From positions 8,828 to 72,827 of the forward strand of contig CAXXKI010000002.1 of the NCBI GenBank assembly GCA_963667855.2: a stretch of DNA of 64,000 bases, in the 5' to 3' direction. This DNA comes from Phycisphaerae bacterium. GTDB taxonomy: Bacteria; Planctomycetota; Phycisphaerae; UBA1845. A model generated the notes under the pieces. It was given only the letters and a program-made list of their open reading frames with translations, searched no databases and was not told the origin of the DNA. The translations under genes and the position numbers were made by a program. Below are positions 27,729 through 36,996 of this stretch, one piece after another (within the stretch, counting starts at the first letter, position 1; every line of letters starts with the position of its first letter).

Positions 27729-30596
27729 CTATTTTAATTTTCCCAACTCTCGAAGAATTTTCTCCGGAGTGAAAGGCCACTGTCTCATCCAGATTCCCAC
27801 CGCGTCGTGTATCGCGGTGGCTATCGCCGGAGCCGCACCGTTGCAGGCTATCTCCGAAACCGATTTGCTCCCGTACGGACCGCGCGGATCCTCGGTCAGT
27901 ACCATCCCCACCTTGAAGTCCTCCGGCACATCCCCGAACATCGGTACGCGGTAGTCCAGCAGGTTGGCATTTACACATTTACCGTTATCGTTGAGTACCA
28001 TCTCCTCGAACAGGGAATGCCCGATGGTTTTCACCACACCGCCGTAAATCTGCCCGGCGGCCAACTCCGGGTTGACCGGCGTACCGCAATCGTGATACGC
28101 GTGATACTTGCGAACCCTGACCTGCCCGGTACGCACGTTAACCCCCACCTCGCAGAAGTGAGCCGCATAGGGAAAAGCATCTTTGCTGGTGGTAAACGTA
28201 CCCATGGCAATCAACTGCCCCGAGCCCGTACCGCTCTGGGTCACCTGGGCGATTTCCTTATAGGTTACCGAGCCCTTTACGCCCTTGACCGCTCCCGGAT
28301 AAACCAGCTCAAGATCGTCGACCGGCTCATCAAGCATAGCCGCAGCAGCTTTGAGAATAAGCTTTTTCATGTTCTGCGCCGCGTCGTAAGCCGCACCGCC
28401 GGAAAAATAGGTACCGCTCGAAGCGTAGGAGCCGACATCGAAAGGCGTAACGTCGGTGTCGGCCGCCACCACCGACACATGGTCAAACGGAACCGCCAGA
28501 GACTCAGCGGCCATCTTCGCGGTTACGGTGTCCAGCCCCGTCCCCAGGTCGGCCGCCCCGCTCAGGAGCATGAACGTACCATCTCCATTCATGTTTATGG
28601 AAGCATTGGCCGCGTCCAGGTCGGCCAGTCCGGAGCCCTGCTGGATAATGGCCATCCCGTGTCCGATCTTTACGTCCGGATCGTCACTTTCGACCTTGTT
28701 TCCCCAACCAAGAGATTCAACGCCGTTGGCGATTGCCGGTCCAAGTCCGCAGGAGGTGACCTTGGCAGGTCTGCCCTCGCGACCTTCACCGAGGCAGCGG
28801 AGAATTTCCAGGACCACTCCTTCGCGAACCCGGTTTTTCTCAAGAAACTCCAATTGGCCCATTCCCAGTTCAGCGGCCATCTCCGCAGCGGCCATCTGGA
28901 TGGCGTAAGAACCTTTCGGTGCGCCGTAACCCTGGTAGGCGCCGGTCGGGGGAATGTTGCTGTAATAGGTGGTAACGTCAAAACGCACGTTGTCGCATAG
29001 GAGCAGCGGCAGTGACTTACTGCAGGCGTTCATGGGTACCGTGAGGCAGTGCGAACCGAACGGACCTGTATTCGCCTTCAAATCCATCTTCAAGGCGGTC
29101 AGCTTGCCGTCCTTCTTCGCCCCTATCTTCACCTTTATTTTCATCGGGTGCCGCGTACGCGAAGCGATGAACTCTTCCTCGCGGCTGAAACGGAAAAACA
29201 CATCTCGTCCGGTGGTCCAGGTGACATAGGCGGCCACCTCTTCCAGAACCATATCCTGCTTGGCCCCGAAACCGCCGCCTACCCGCTCCTTGATAACTCG
29301 AACCTTGTTTTCCCTTATTCCCAGGTACGAGGCGATTATACGCCGTACGTGATAAGGAACCTGGGTCGAAGCGTGAACGACCAGCCGGTCGCCTTCCATG
29401 CGTGTATAAACAACATGCGGCTCGACCGGCGTACACTGCACCTGGGTGCTTTCATACTCCCGCTCCAGCACGACATCAGCCTCGGCAAAACCCTTATCCA
29501 GGTCACCGATCTGCCCACTCACCGAAGCGGCTATATTCCGCTTGTGGTCCGCATGGATGGGGAACTGGTAGATTATCTTACCGTCCCGCGGATCGGCATC
29601 GCTGTTATCCAGATCGTCCGGAGCGCCGACGACGTATTCCGCCGCGCCGTTATGTACCCGGGGCGCGCCGTCGGCCGCGGCCTCATCTATAGTCAAAACG
29701 TGATCGAGCACCTCGTACTCGACTTTTATCTTCGCCAGTGCCGCTTCGCATATTTCCAACGACTCGGCCACTACGGCCGCCACTCGATCACCCACATGGC
29801 GCATCTTCTGCCCGAAGAGCCGCCGATCGTAAGGCGACGGTTCGGGAAAGCCCTGCCCGGCCTGGTTGTATACCGTGTCCGGCGTGTTCTTGTGGGTATA
29901 CACGCCGACAACACCGCTCATCGCCTCGGCCGCAGACGTGTCTATATTGGTAATATACGCATGGGCATGTGGACTACGGAGCATTTTCAGATAGCAGGTG
30001 CCGGGGCGAAGCATGTCCTCCACAAACGCTCGTTCCCCTCTGGCCAGACGAGGCCCATCTATCTTGCGTTTGTTCTTGCCTACCAGCCGTAACTCCTCCC
30101 GGAATTCCGGGCCGATTTCACCCTGGAATCGGGGATCAGCAAGCCTCTTTATCGCCAGTTCCACCGCCGCGTAGATCTGCTCGTAACCGGTACAACGGCA
30201 GAAGATACCCGAAAGAGCGTCGCGAACTTCTTCCCGCGAAGGATTGTCTACCCTGTCCAGCAGATCCTTGATAGCCAGGATCATGGCCGGCGTGCAATAA
30301 CCGCATTGGACAATACCAGTATCCACACAGGCGGATTGAATCGCCGACAGCTCCCGGTTGCCGGCCAGGTACTCGATCGTGTAAATTTCCGCCCCGTCGA
30401 TCTGCGCCGTCAGCAGCAGGCAGGTATTCACCAGCTTGCGATTAACCAATACCGCACATGAACCGCACGAACCCTGACCGTCGCAGCCGTTACGCGCCGA
30501 TACCACGCCTATCCGCTGGAGCAAATCGCGAACCCGCTCGTTCACCGTCGTTCGGAAAACCCTATCAGTGCCGTTTAGCTTGACGGTAATCTCCAT
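27729..30596 (-). CDS. xdhD: Xanthine-dehydrogenase-family molybdopterin hydroxylase with a fused N-terminal 2x[2Fe-2S] domain (XdhD-like).
   Basis: 955 aa, close to the length I recall for E. coli XdhD (~956 aa, from memory). CDGQGSCGSCAVLVN and QCGYCTPAMILA...FCRCTGYEQI Fe-S motifs, then aldehyde-oxidase/XDH a/b-hammerhead and Moco-binding domains. Its start overlaps the stop of the FAD subunit gene (TGATG). Confidence 0.8.
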   Translation of the reverse strand: MEITVKLNGTDRVFRTTVNERVRDLLQRIGVVSARNGCDGQGSCGSCAVLVNRKLVNTCLLLTAQIDGAEIYTIEYLAGNRELSAIQSACVDTGIVQCGYCTPAMILAIKDLLDRVDNPSREEVRDALSGIFCRCTGYEQIYAAVELAIKRLADPRFQGEIGPEFREELRLVGKNKRKIDGPRLARGERAFVEDMLRPGTCYLKMLRSPHAHAYITNIDTSAAEAMSGVVGVYTHKNTPDTVYNQAGQGFPEPSPYDRRLFGQKMRHVGDRVAAVVAESLEICEAALAKIKVEYEVLDHVLTIDEAAADGAPRVHNGAAEYVVGAPDDLDNSDADPRDGKIIYQFPIHADHKRNIAASVSGQIGDLDKGFAEADVVLEREYESTQVQCTPVEPHVVYTRMEGDRLVVHASTQVPYHVRRIIASYLGIRENKVRVIKERVGGGFGAKQDMVLEEVAAYVTWTTGRDVFFRFSREEEFIASRTRHPMKIKVKIGAKKDGKLTALKMDLKANTGPFGSHCLTVPMNACSKSLPLLLCDNVRFDVTTYYSNIPPTGAYQGYGAPKGSYAIQMAAAEMAAELGMGQLEFLEKNRVREGVVLEILRCLGEGREGRPAKVTSCGLGPAIANGVESLGWGNKVESDDPDVKIGHGMAIIQQGSGLADLDAANASINMNGDGTFMLLSGAADLGTGLDTVTAKMAAESLAVPFDHVSVVAADTDVTPFDVGSYASSGTYFSGGAAYDAAQNMKKLILKAAAAMLDEPVDDLELVYPGAVKGVKGSVTYKEIAQVTQSGTGSGQLIAMGTFTTSKDAFPYAAHFCEVGVNVRTGQVRVRKYHAYHDCGTPVNPELAAGQIYGGVVKTIGHSLFEEMVLNDNGKCVNANLLDYRVPMFGDVPEDFKVGMVLTEDPRGPYGSKSVSEIACNGAAPAIATAIHDAVGIWMRQWPFTPEKILRELGKLK

Positions 30597-31417
30597 CAGA
30601 ACTGACCTCCTTGATTGGCATGGGCGGCAAGCACCGTATCGGCAACCATTACTCCGGTAAGGTATTTTTTGAAATCAGCACTGCCCCGCAAATCCGTAAT
30701 CGGTTCAACCTCTTCACTCGCCCATGCCTCCAACTCATCCCGTTTGGGAAGCACATTACCAGAGAGTTTCGTTTCCGTATTATCCAGCCGCACCGCACAG
30801 CGGGCAACTCCTCCCATAACCACAATTGGATCGTGAACCACATCACCATCCAGAAACATACTCACGGCACAGTTTAAGATTGAAATGTCGTTTGCTGTGC
30901 GGGTGTAGTTTTTCACGGCGACCTGTCGCGGCGGCATACTCTTATTCAAATGAATGCGGGTTACCAGCGCCGTTCGTGAGGAGCCAAGGTAATCCTCAAT
31001 CGACATTTTCCCCTCATCGGCCGTATCCACCTGTACGCGCAGTGCGATCAAAACCGGAATCAGGTCGGCGCAACTCTTGTTCGTCGCCATCTGCCCGCCA
31101 AGGGTGGCCATGTTCCGGATATTGCGATTGACAATCTGATGCGCCGCCTGCTTTATCACCGGCGGAACAAGATCGGATTCCAGCAGGCTTTGAATAGTGC
31201 AACCCGATCCTATCACCAGATCGCCATCGTCATACCGTTTTATCCTATCCAGCTCCAGATCGGCAAGACTGATAAGGCAACTTGGATTATAGGGAAATTC
31301 GCAGGAATTGATTTCCGTACCACCGGCCAGGTAAAACGCCGCATCGCCCAACTCCTTCTTCAACGCTACCGCTTTATCCAGAGTTTCCGGTTTATAAAAA
31401 TCGGTGATCATGACCAC
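30596..31417 (-). CDS. ygfM: FAD-binding subunit of the molybdenum hydroxylase (YgfM/CoxM-like).
   Basis: 273 aa. FYLAGGTEIN FAD-binding (PCMH-type) motif. Sits between the two Moco subunits. Confidence 0.75.
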   Translation of the reverse strand: MVMITDFYKPETLDKAVALKKELGDAAFYLAGGTEINSCEFPYNPSCLISLADLELDRIKRYDDGDLVIGSGCTIQSLLESDLVPPVIKQAAHQIVNRNIRNMATLGGQMATNKSCADLIPVLIALRVQVDTADEGKMSIEDYLGSSRTALVTRIHLNKSMPPRQVAVKNYTRTANDISILNCAVSMFLDGDVVHDPIVVMGGVARCAVRLDNTETKLSGNVLPKRDELEAWASEEVEPITDLRGSADFKKYLTGVMVADTVLAAHANQGGQF

Positions 31418-31433
31418 ACCTCACTTTTATCGT

Positions 31434-34061
31434 TTATCCAGAAGATTTACTTCCCCTGCCGGTTATCGCTTCCGCCGCCGCGGAATCGCTCATGGGCAGG
31501 CTGCATCTCCGTTTTCCGTCATAAGCATACAGTGCCGCACCCACCGCTCCCGCCGTGGGAACCAGACCGATCTCCCCTGCACCCCGGGCACCGAACGGAC
31601 ACACCGGGTCGGGTTCTTCTATGAAAATAACTTCCACTTCCGGCATGTGCTCAGCACGCAACACGCCGCAGTCGTTTATCTTCTTCGCCTTGATAAATCC
31701 GCCTTCGCAAACGAAATTCTCAGTTAACGCATATCCCAATCCCATGTGAATGGAACCTTCAAACTGCCCCTCCAGCGCCTTACGATTAACCACCTGCCCC
31801 ACATCGTGGGCGGCGACAACCTTCCGCAAACGTCCATCGTCATCGAGGATAACCACCTGCGTACCGAAGCTGTAGGTCAGATGCGACTGCATCTCCTCGG
31901 CTTTCGCCCCTGCCGTAGCGTCCCTTACCTGGCTGCAGCAGAACTCGCCGCTGTATTCCCTGCCCATTAATTCGTTTAATCCCAACCCGCTGTCCAGGTC
32001 GGCTTTGAGTTTTTCCGCGGCCGCAATCACGGCGTTACCAGCCAGCACCGTTCCCCGGCTCGCAGTGGTCTGCCCCACTGCCAGGTCGCGGCTGGTGTTA
32101 TTGGTCACCCGGAACTTCTCCGGCGGCAGACCCGTCACTTCGCAGGCAAACTGGATACACACGGTAAAGAGCCCCTGCCCCATCTCCGTGTACCCGATAA
32201 GGATATTCACAATCCCGTCATCTTCGACGGTGAGCCGGCACTTGCCCCGATCCCCCAACCCTGAACCGATACCCACGTTTTTCACTCCGCAGGCGATGCC
32301 GGCATACTTCGCCTGACGATACTGCTCTTTCACCGCCAGCAGGGTTTCCTCCAGTCCAAACGGTTTGGACAGCCGCTGGCCGGTCGCAAACAGATCCCCG
32401 GGATGCAGAATGTTTCTATACCTGATTTCCCAACCATCGATACCGACCTTCTCCGCCAGTATATCCATGCAGGTTTCCATGCCGAACGCCGCCTGGTTGG
32501 CACCGAAACCGCGCATCGCCCCGCTCGGTGGATTGTTAGTATAAACCGCCCTGGCTTCTATATCGACGTTATCCACGCAATACGGACCGGCCGCATGTGC
32601 CGCCGCCCGCTCCATTGCTGCCGGACCTACCGACGCGTACGCACCCGTATCTCCAACAATATGTGCGTACACCGCGGTCAGTTTACCTTCCGCGTCACAG
32701 CCGACCTCGTAGTCCAGTTCCATCGGATGGCGTTTGGGGTGCAGTCTGAAACTCTCTTCCCGGGTTAACACAATCCGCACCGGGGCGCCGCACAAATAAG
32801 CGGCGAGCGCCGTCTGGGCCTGAACGCTCAGATCCTCCTTGCCGCCAAACGCCCCACCGTTGGAAACCAGCTCCACATGTACCCGCTCTAATGGCCAACC
32901 GAACACGTTGGCTATCTGAACCTGGTCATCGAAAATACCCTGACCGCCGGAATACACGTGAACTCCGTTTTCAGTCGGAGCAGCCAGCGATGCCTCCGGC
33001 TCCAGGAACAGATGTTCCACCCGTTGCGTTGAAAAATGCTGCTTTACCACGTATGCGGAATCTGCCAATGCCTTGCGTACGTCGCCGCGACAGACGGCCG
33101 ACACCGACAGTTGGTTGCCACGTTTGTGCAGTTTGACCGCTCCTTCAGCCAGTGCTTCAGCCGGAGAGCAAAGTGGTTCGAGAACCTTATAATCAACCTC
33201 GATCAACTCGACTGCCGCCCGGGCATGTTCCGGGCTATCGGCCACCACCACCGCAAGTACATCGCCGACATAGCGGGTGGTTTCGCCCTCAGCCACCAGT
33301 ACCGGCCAATCCTGGACTATCAAGCCCACAAACCGCTCACCGGGAACGTCCGGCGCCAGGATAACCCGCGAGACACCTTCGGCTACGGCTGCTTGGGAAA
33401 TATCAATCCGCTCGACCACTGCCCGCGGATGATCGGAAAACCTAAGCGCCCCGTGCAGCATCCCCGGCAGTTTCATATCGCCGATGAATTTCTTCTGCCC
33501 CAGAACCTTGTCCGGGCCGTTGTATCGCGCCAGCGACGTGCCAACCTTCCCGCTGTCATCAGACTCGGGAAGTACCTCCCCGCGCCGCACGCGGGCGTAA
33601 TCTTCCACCGCGTCGACGATCTTCTTGTACCCCGTACACCGGCACAGATGCGGCTTAAGCTCCCGAGCGATCTCCTCCGGTGCCGGTTCCGGGTTTCGCT
33701 CAACTAGCGCCATCGACCGAACGGCAATTCCCGGAGTGCAGTATCCACATTGCACTCCACCGGCTCGTACAAACGCCTCGGCAATCTGCGCCCGCTGCTC
33801 TGGTGGATAACCTTCCAGAGTCACCACTGAGCGGCCGTCCACTTTCACCGCTTTTAGAACACAGCTAAGCTTCGGTTTTCCGTCAACCAGAACTGTACAA
33901 CAGCCGCATTGCGCTTGCGGAGCACAGCCAACTTTGGGCGAAGTGATATCGAAATCGTCGCGCAGTATGCTCAGCAGACTACGTTCGGCCGACACGCAGT
34001 GAGTGATTTCGCGACCATTGAGCTGAAATCGTATAGTCTTAAGCGGTTCGCGTTGAGGCAC
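31434..34061 (-). CDS. Second molybdopterin hydroxylase with a fused 2x[2Fe-2S] domain (selenium-dependent molybdenum hydroxylase 1-like).
   Basis: 875 aa. CAPQAQCGCCTVLVDG and QCGYCTPGIAV...LCRCTGYKKI, then XDH-family Moco domains. Clearly a paralogue of 27729..30596, not a duplicate. Confidence 0.8.
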   Translation of the reverse strand: MPQREPLKTIRFQLNGREITHCVSAERSLLSILRDDFDITSPKVGCAPQAQCGCCTVLVDGKPKLSCVLKAVKVDGRSVVTLEGYPPEQRAQIAEAFVRAGGVQCGYCTPGIAVRSMALVERNPEPAPEEIARELKPHLCRCTGYKKIVDAVEDYARVRRGEVLPESDDSGKVGTSLARYNGPDKVLGQKKFIGDMKLPGMLHGALRFSDHPRAVVERIDISQAAVAEGVSRVILAPDVPGERFVGLIVQDWPVLVAEGETTRYVGDVLAVVVADSPEHARAAVELIEVDYKVLEPLCSPAEALAEGAVKLHKRGNQLSVSAVCRGDVRKALADSAYVVKQHFSTQRVEHLFLEPEASLAAPTENGVHVYSGGQGIFDDQVQIANVFGWPLERVHVELVSNGGAFGGKEDLSVQAQTALAAYLCGAPVRIVLTREESFRLHPKRHPMELDYEVGCDAEGKLTAVYAHIVGDTGAYASVGPAAMERAAAHAAGPYCVDNVDIEARAVYTNNPPSGAMRGFGANQAAFGMETCMDILAEKVGIDGWEIRYRNILHPGDLFATGQRLSKPFGLEETLLAVKEQYRQAKYAGIACGVKNVGIGSGLGDRGKCRLTVEDDGIVNILIGYTEMGQGLFTVCIQFACEVTGLPPEKFRVTNNTSRDLAVGQTTASRGTVLAGNAVIAAAEKLKADLDSGLGLNELMGREYSGEFCCSQVRDATAGAKAEEMQSHLTYSFGTQVVILDDDGRLRKVVAAHDVGQVVNRKALEGQFEGSIHMGLGYALTENFVCEGGFIKAKKINDCGVLRAEHMPEVEVIFIEEPDPVCPFGARGAGEIGLVPTAGAVGAALYAYDGKRRCSLPMSDSAAAEAITGRGSKSSG

Positions 34062-34196
34062 GATCCGAATTCCGGTGACAATCGGAAAGGCTGGTCGTCC
34101 AGCCTCTACCCGAGTCTCTCTATTATGCCAGATGGGAGAGCAGAATCAAACCCCGCAGTCCCATCTGCCACTATATAGATCCTATAGTGATCTTTT

Positions 34197-35537
34197 TTAG
34201 AATCGATTCCACATGGAACTGGCCAATTCCCGAGACTTGGCCGCCACTTCCTTAACATCGACGCCAAGAATCTCGCCATCAAGCATTCTCACCCGGCCGT
34301 CAACAATCGTTGTACGAACCGGAGCGGTGGGAATACCAAACAGCAGATGCCCCAGGAAGTTGTCCGGCACAAACGGAGTAATCGGGTCATAATCGACAAC
34401 GATAACATCGGCCAGGTGACCGGGAGCGAGCACGCCCAGCGGTTTGTCAAAGAATCTACCGGCGATTTTGCGATTGTTCTCGATCAACAACCGGGCAGCT
34501 TCACAGAACCCTACCCGCGGATCGCCCGTACCGTGCTTGTGCAGCAGGTTAACCGCTCGCATATCGTCCATCATGGTGGCGGCCATCCCGTCTGTTCCCA
34601 GACCGACCCAGATACCCATATCCAGCATGCGGAAAATATCCGCACGGCCTACGGCGTTGTTCATGTTGCTTTGCGGATTGTGTACTACATTAGTTCCCGT
34701 ATCCCGAAGCAGTTCCATCTCCTGTTCGTCAAGGTGAACGCAATGCACGCAGATGGTCTTCGGCCCCAGTGCGCCGGCATCGGAAAGGCGATTCACCACG
34801 CGCTTACCATACTTGGCCAGTGAATCCTCCGGATCGAAACGGGATTCGGAAGTGTGGATGTGAAAACCAGTATCCATACCTGCGACCGATTCCACGGCCT
34901 TGGCCAACGTGTCTTCGCTGATGGTCATGGAAGCATGCAAACCGAACATCGCCGAAACCATGGGATCTTTCTTCTCCGCACACTTTTTAATAAACGAAGC
35001 GTTTTCCTCAATCCCCTGCTGGGCGATTTCCGGCCCATCGCGATCGGAAAGTTCGTAACACAGGCAGGTTCTCACTCCCGCCTCTGAAGCTGCATCGGCA
35101 ATGGTATCCAGACTGCCGATAACCGCAGAAGGCGAAGCGTGGTGGTCTATTAATGTAGTGGTTCCGCTGCGCAGCGAGCGAACCAATGGGGTTAACGCGC
35201 TGTAACGCACATCCTCCATGGTTAATGCTTTATCCAATCGCCACCACAAACGCTCCAGAACTTCAACGAAGTTAGACGGCGCGGCATCCTTTAAACTTAT
35301 CCCGCACGCCATGGTGCTGTAAAGGTGCATATGGGCATTGATAAAACCGGGCATGATTATTCCACCGTGAGCGTCAACGACCGCCGCACCGTCTACGGGT
35401 ATTTCCGATCGCGGACCGACCTTCTCGATCAGGTTGCCCTCTATCAGCACCGCTCCGTCCGGAATAATCTGCAGATCGTCACCAAGCGTAACCACCGTTC
35501 CGTTTTGAACTACTCGTTTTTTCGCCATAGCCGCCAC
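34197..35537 (-). CDS. ssnA: Aminohydrolase, SsnA-like.
   Basis: 446 aa. PGFINAHMHLYSTMACG metal site, GFHIHTSES, GLGTDG. Size and context match the SsnA family, which co-occurs with yqeB/yqeC. Confidence 0.7.
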   Translation of the reverse strand: MAAMAKKRVVQNGTVVTLGDDLQIIPDGAVLIEGNLIEKVGPRSEIPVDGAAVVDAHGGIIMPGFINAHMHLYSTMACGISLKDAAPSNFVEVLERLWWRLDKALTMEDVRYSALTPLVRSLRSGTTTLIDHHASPSAVIGSLDTIADAASEAGVRTCLCYELSDRDGPEIAQQGIEENASFIKKCAEKKDPMVSAMFGLHASMTISEDTLAKAVESVAGMDTGFHIHTSESRFDPEDSLAKYGKRVVNRLSDAGALGPKTICVHCVHLDEQEMELLRDTGTNVVHNPQSNMNNAVGRADIFRMLDMGIWVGLGTDGMAATMMDDMRAVNLLHKHGTGDPRVGFCEAARLLIENNRKIAGRFFDKPLGVLAPGHLADVIVVDYDPITPFVPDNFLGHLLFGIPTAPVRTTIVDGRVRMLDGEILGVDVKEVAAKSRELASSMWNRF

Positions 35538-35581
35538 TACCTCTTTTTATCGCATATAAACAACAAGGCACAACCAACACC

Positions 35582-35698
35582 GTGCCACTGCTCTGTGAGC
35601 AGTGCGTGCCAAACTCCAGCCATCGCTTTATACCACTGCACTGTGAGCAGTGTAAACTCCAACCGATACTTCTACCACTGCTCACAGAGCAGTGGCAC
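35582..35698. repeat. Three near-palindromic ~20-nt hairpin units in the ssnA-preA spacer. The outer two form a perfect 23-nt inverted repeat.
   Basis: CCACTGCTCTGTGAGCAGTG (35585..35604), CCACTGCACTGTGAGCAGTG (35633..35652), CCACTGCTCACAGAGCAGTGG (35675..35695). GTGCCACTGCTCTGTGAGCAGTG (35582..35604) is the exact reverse complement of 35676..35698. Confidence 0.8.
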
Positions 35699-35721
35699 AT
35701 ATAAACAGTGGCACGTGCAAA

Positions 35722-36936
35722 CTAGCTGACCTTCTTTTCCACGATTTTAATAGCATCGGCCGGACATACTGTTTCGCACAAACGGCAGCCCGGGCAACGC
35801 TCTTCATCCACCTTGGGGATTCTACTGTCCCCCTCGATCTTCATCGCCTGGTGACCGCCGTCGCGACAGGCGATAACGCACAAATCGCACTCTACGCATT
35901 TATCCTCATCGACCGAGGATATGACCGGCACCTTGCGCGAGAGGTCGGGATGGCCCACGATGCAATCCAGGCTCTTGCCGATTATATCCGCCGGCTTGGC
36001 AAAACCCCTCTCCTCCAGATAGAACGCCATACCGTCTTTCAGATCGTCGATTATGTCGTAACCGTAATGCATGACCGCAGTACCGAACTGCACGGTGGTC
36101 GCACCAACCAGCATCATCTCCACCGCGTCACGCCAGGTAACCGGACCGCCGGTTGCGGTAATCGGAATTCCCACGTTCTTGCTGATTTCCGCCAGGGTCC
36201 GCAGAGTGATCGGCTTTACGGCCGGGCCACTCAAACCGCTGTAAGTGCTTTTACCCTGCACGTTCGGATAGGGAACAAAGGTATCAACGTTCACTCCCAT
36301 CAACGATGGAATGGTGTTGGCCGCACAAATCGCGTCGGCACCACCGCGTTTGATAGCCTGGGCAACCTTCACAATATCCGCAACCTGGGGTGTGATCTTA
36401 ATCACTACCGGGCAGCGAGTAGCCGCCTCTTTAACCCAGCCTGCCACCTGCTCTGACGCTTCGATACTCTGGGCAAGCATCGCTCCGGGCTCCTCGCCCA
36501 TGCTACCCTGCGGGCAGGAGAAGCTGCACTCGATGATATCCACACCGACCGCCTCCAGCCGCTTGACCAGCGTCTGCCACTCCTCCTTCTTGGAACCCAT
36601 GATACTCACGGCAACAACGCGATCCGGATATTCCTTCTTCAGCGTTTCCGCCCTCTTTTCAACCACGTCGATGTGGTGTTCGGAAATCAGATCTATATTT
36701 CCCAATCCCATGATCCGCTTGCCATCGTATTCCATGGAGCTCATCATCGGGTATACCAGGTCGACAGCCTCGGTCTCCACCGAGGTGGTTTTCAGAACGG
36801 CGCCGCCCCAGCCGGCCTCGAACGCCGCGCGAACCATGTCCAGATCGTCGCTCGGCGGAGCTGCGGAAAGCAGGAACGGGTTAGGGAATTTTACCCCACA
36901 AAAATCGATCGACAGGTCACGATCGCATGTAATCAT
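35722..36936 (-). CDS. preA: Dihydropyrimidine-dehydrogenase-type subunit PreA-like (DHOD-fold FMN domain plus C-terminal 2x[4Fe-4S]).
   Basis: 404 aa. FPNPFLLSAAPP, TIM-barrel flavoprotein pattern. C-terminal CVECDLCVIACRDGG and CPGCRLCETVCP. Confidence 0.75.
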   Translation of the reverse strand: MITCDRDLSIDFCGVKFPNPFLLSAAPPSDDLDMVRAAFEAGWGGAVLKTTSVETEAVDLVYPMMSSMEYDGKRIMGLGNIDLISEHHIDVVEKRAETLKKEYPDRVVAVSIMGSKKEEWQTLVKRLEAVGVDIIECSFSCPQGSMGEEPGAMLAQSIEASEQVAGWVKEAATRCPVVIKITPQVADIVKVAQAIKRGGADAICAANTIPSLMGVNVDTFVPYPNVQGKSTYSGLSGPAVKPITLRTLAEISKNVGIPITATGGPVTWRDAVEMMLVGATTVQFGTAVMHYGYDIIDDLKDGMAFYLEERGFAKPADIIGKSLDCIVGHPDLSRKVPVISSVDEDKCVECDLCVIACRDGGHQAMKIEGDSRIPKVDEERCPGCRLCETVCPADAIKIVEKKVS

Positions 36937-36996
36937 CAGTCTATCCTCCAGAATGCCAGTTGCATGGCACTCAACAAACTTCCGGTCAACCCGGTA

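Noticed and set aside
27807-30092. Long plus-strand ORFs (397 aa and 347 aa) antisense to the XdhD-like gene.
   Set aside because: They lie entirely within a well-supported minus-strand gene. They have Arg/Pro/Gly-rich, low-complexity translations typical of antisense frames in GC-rich coding DNA, and they contain no recognisable motifs.
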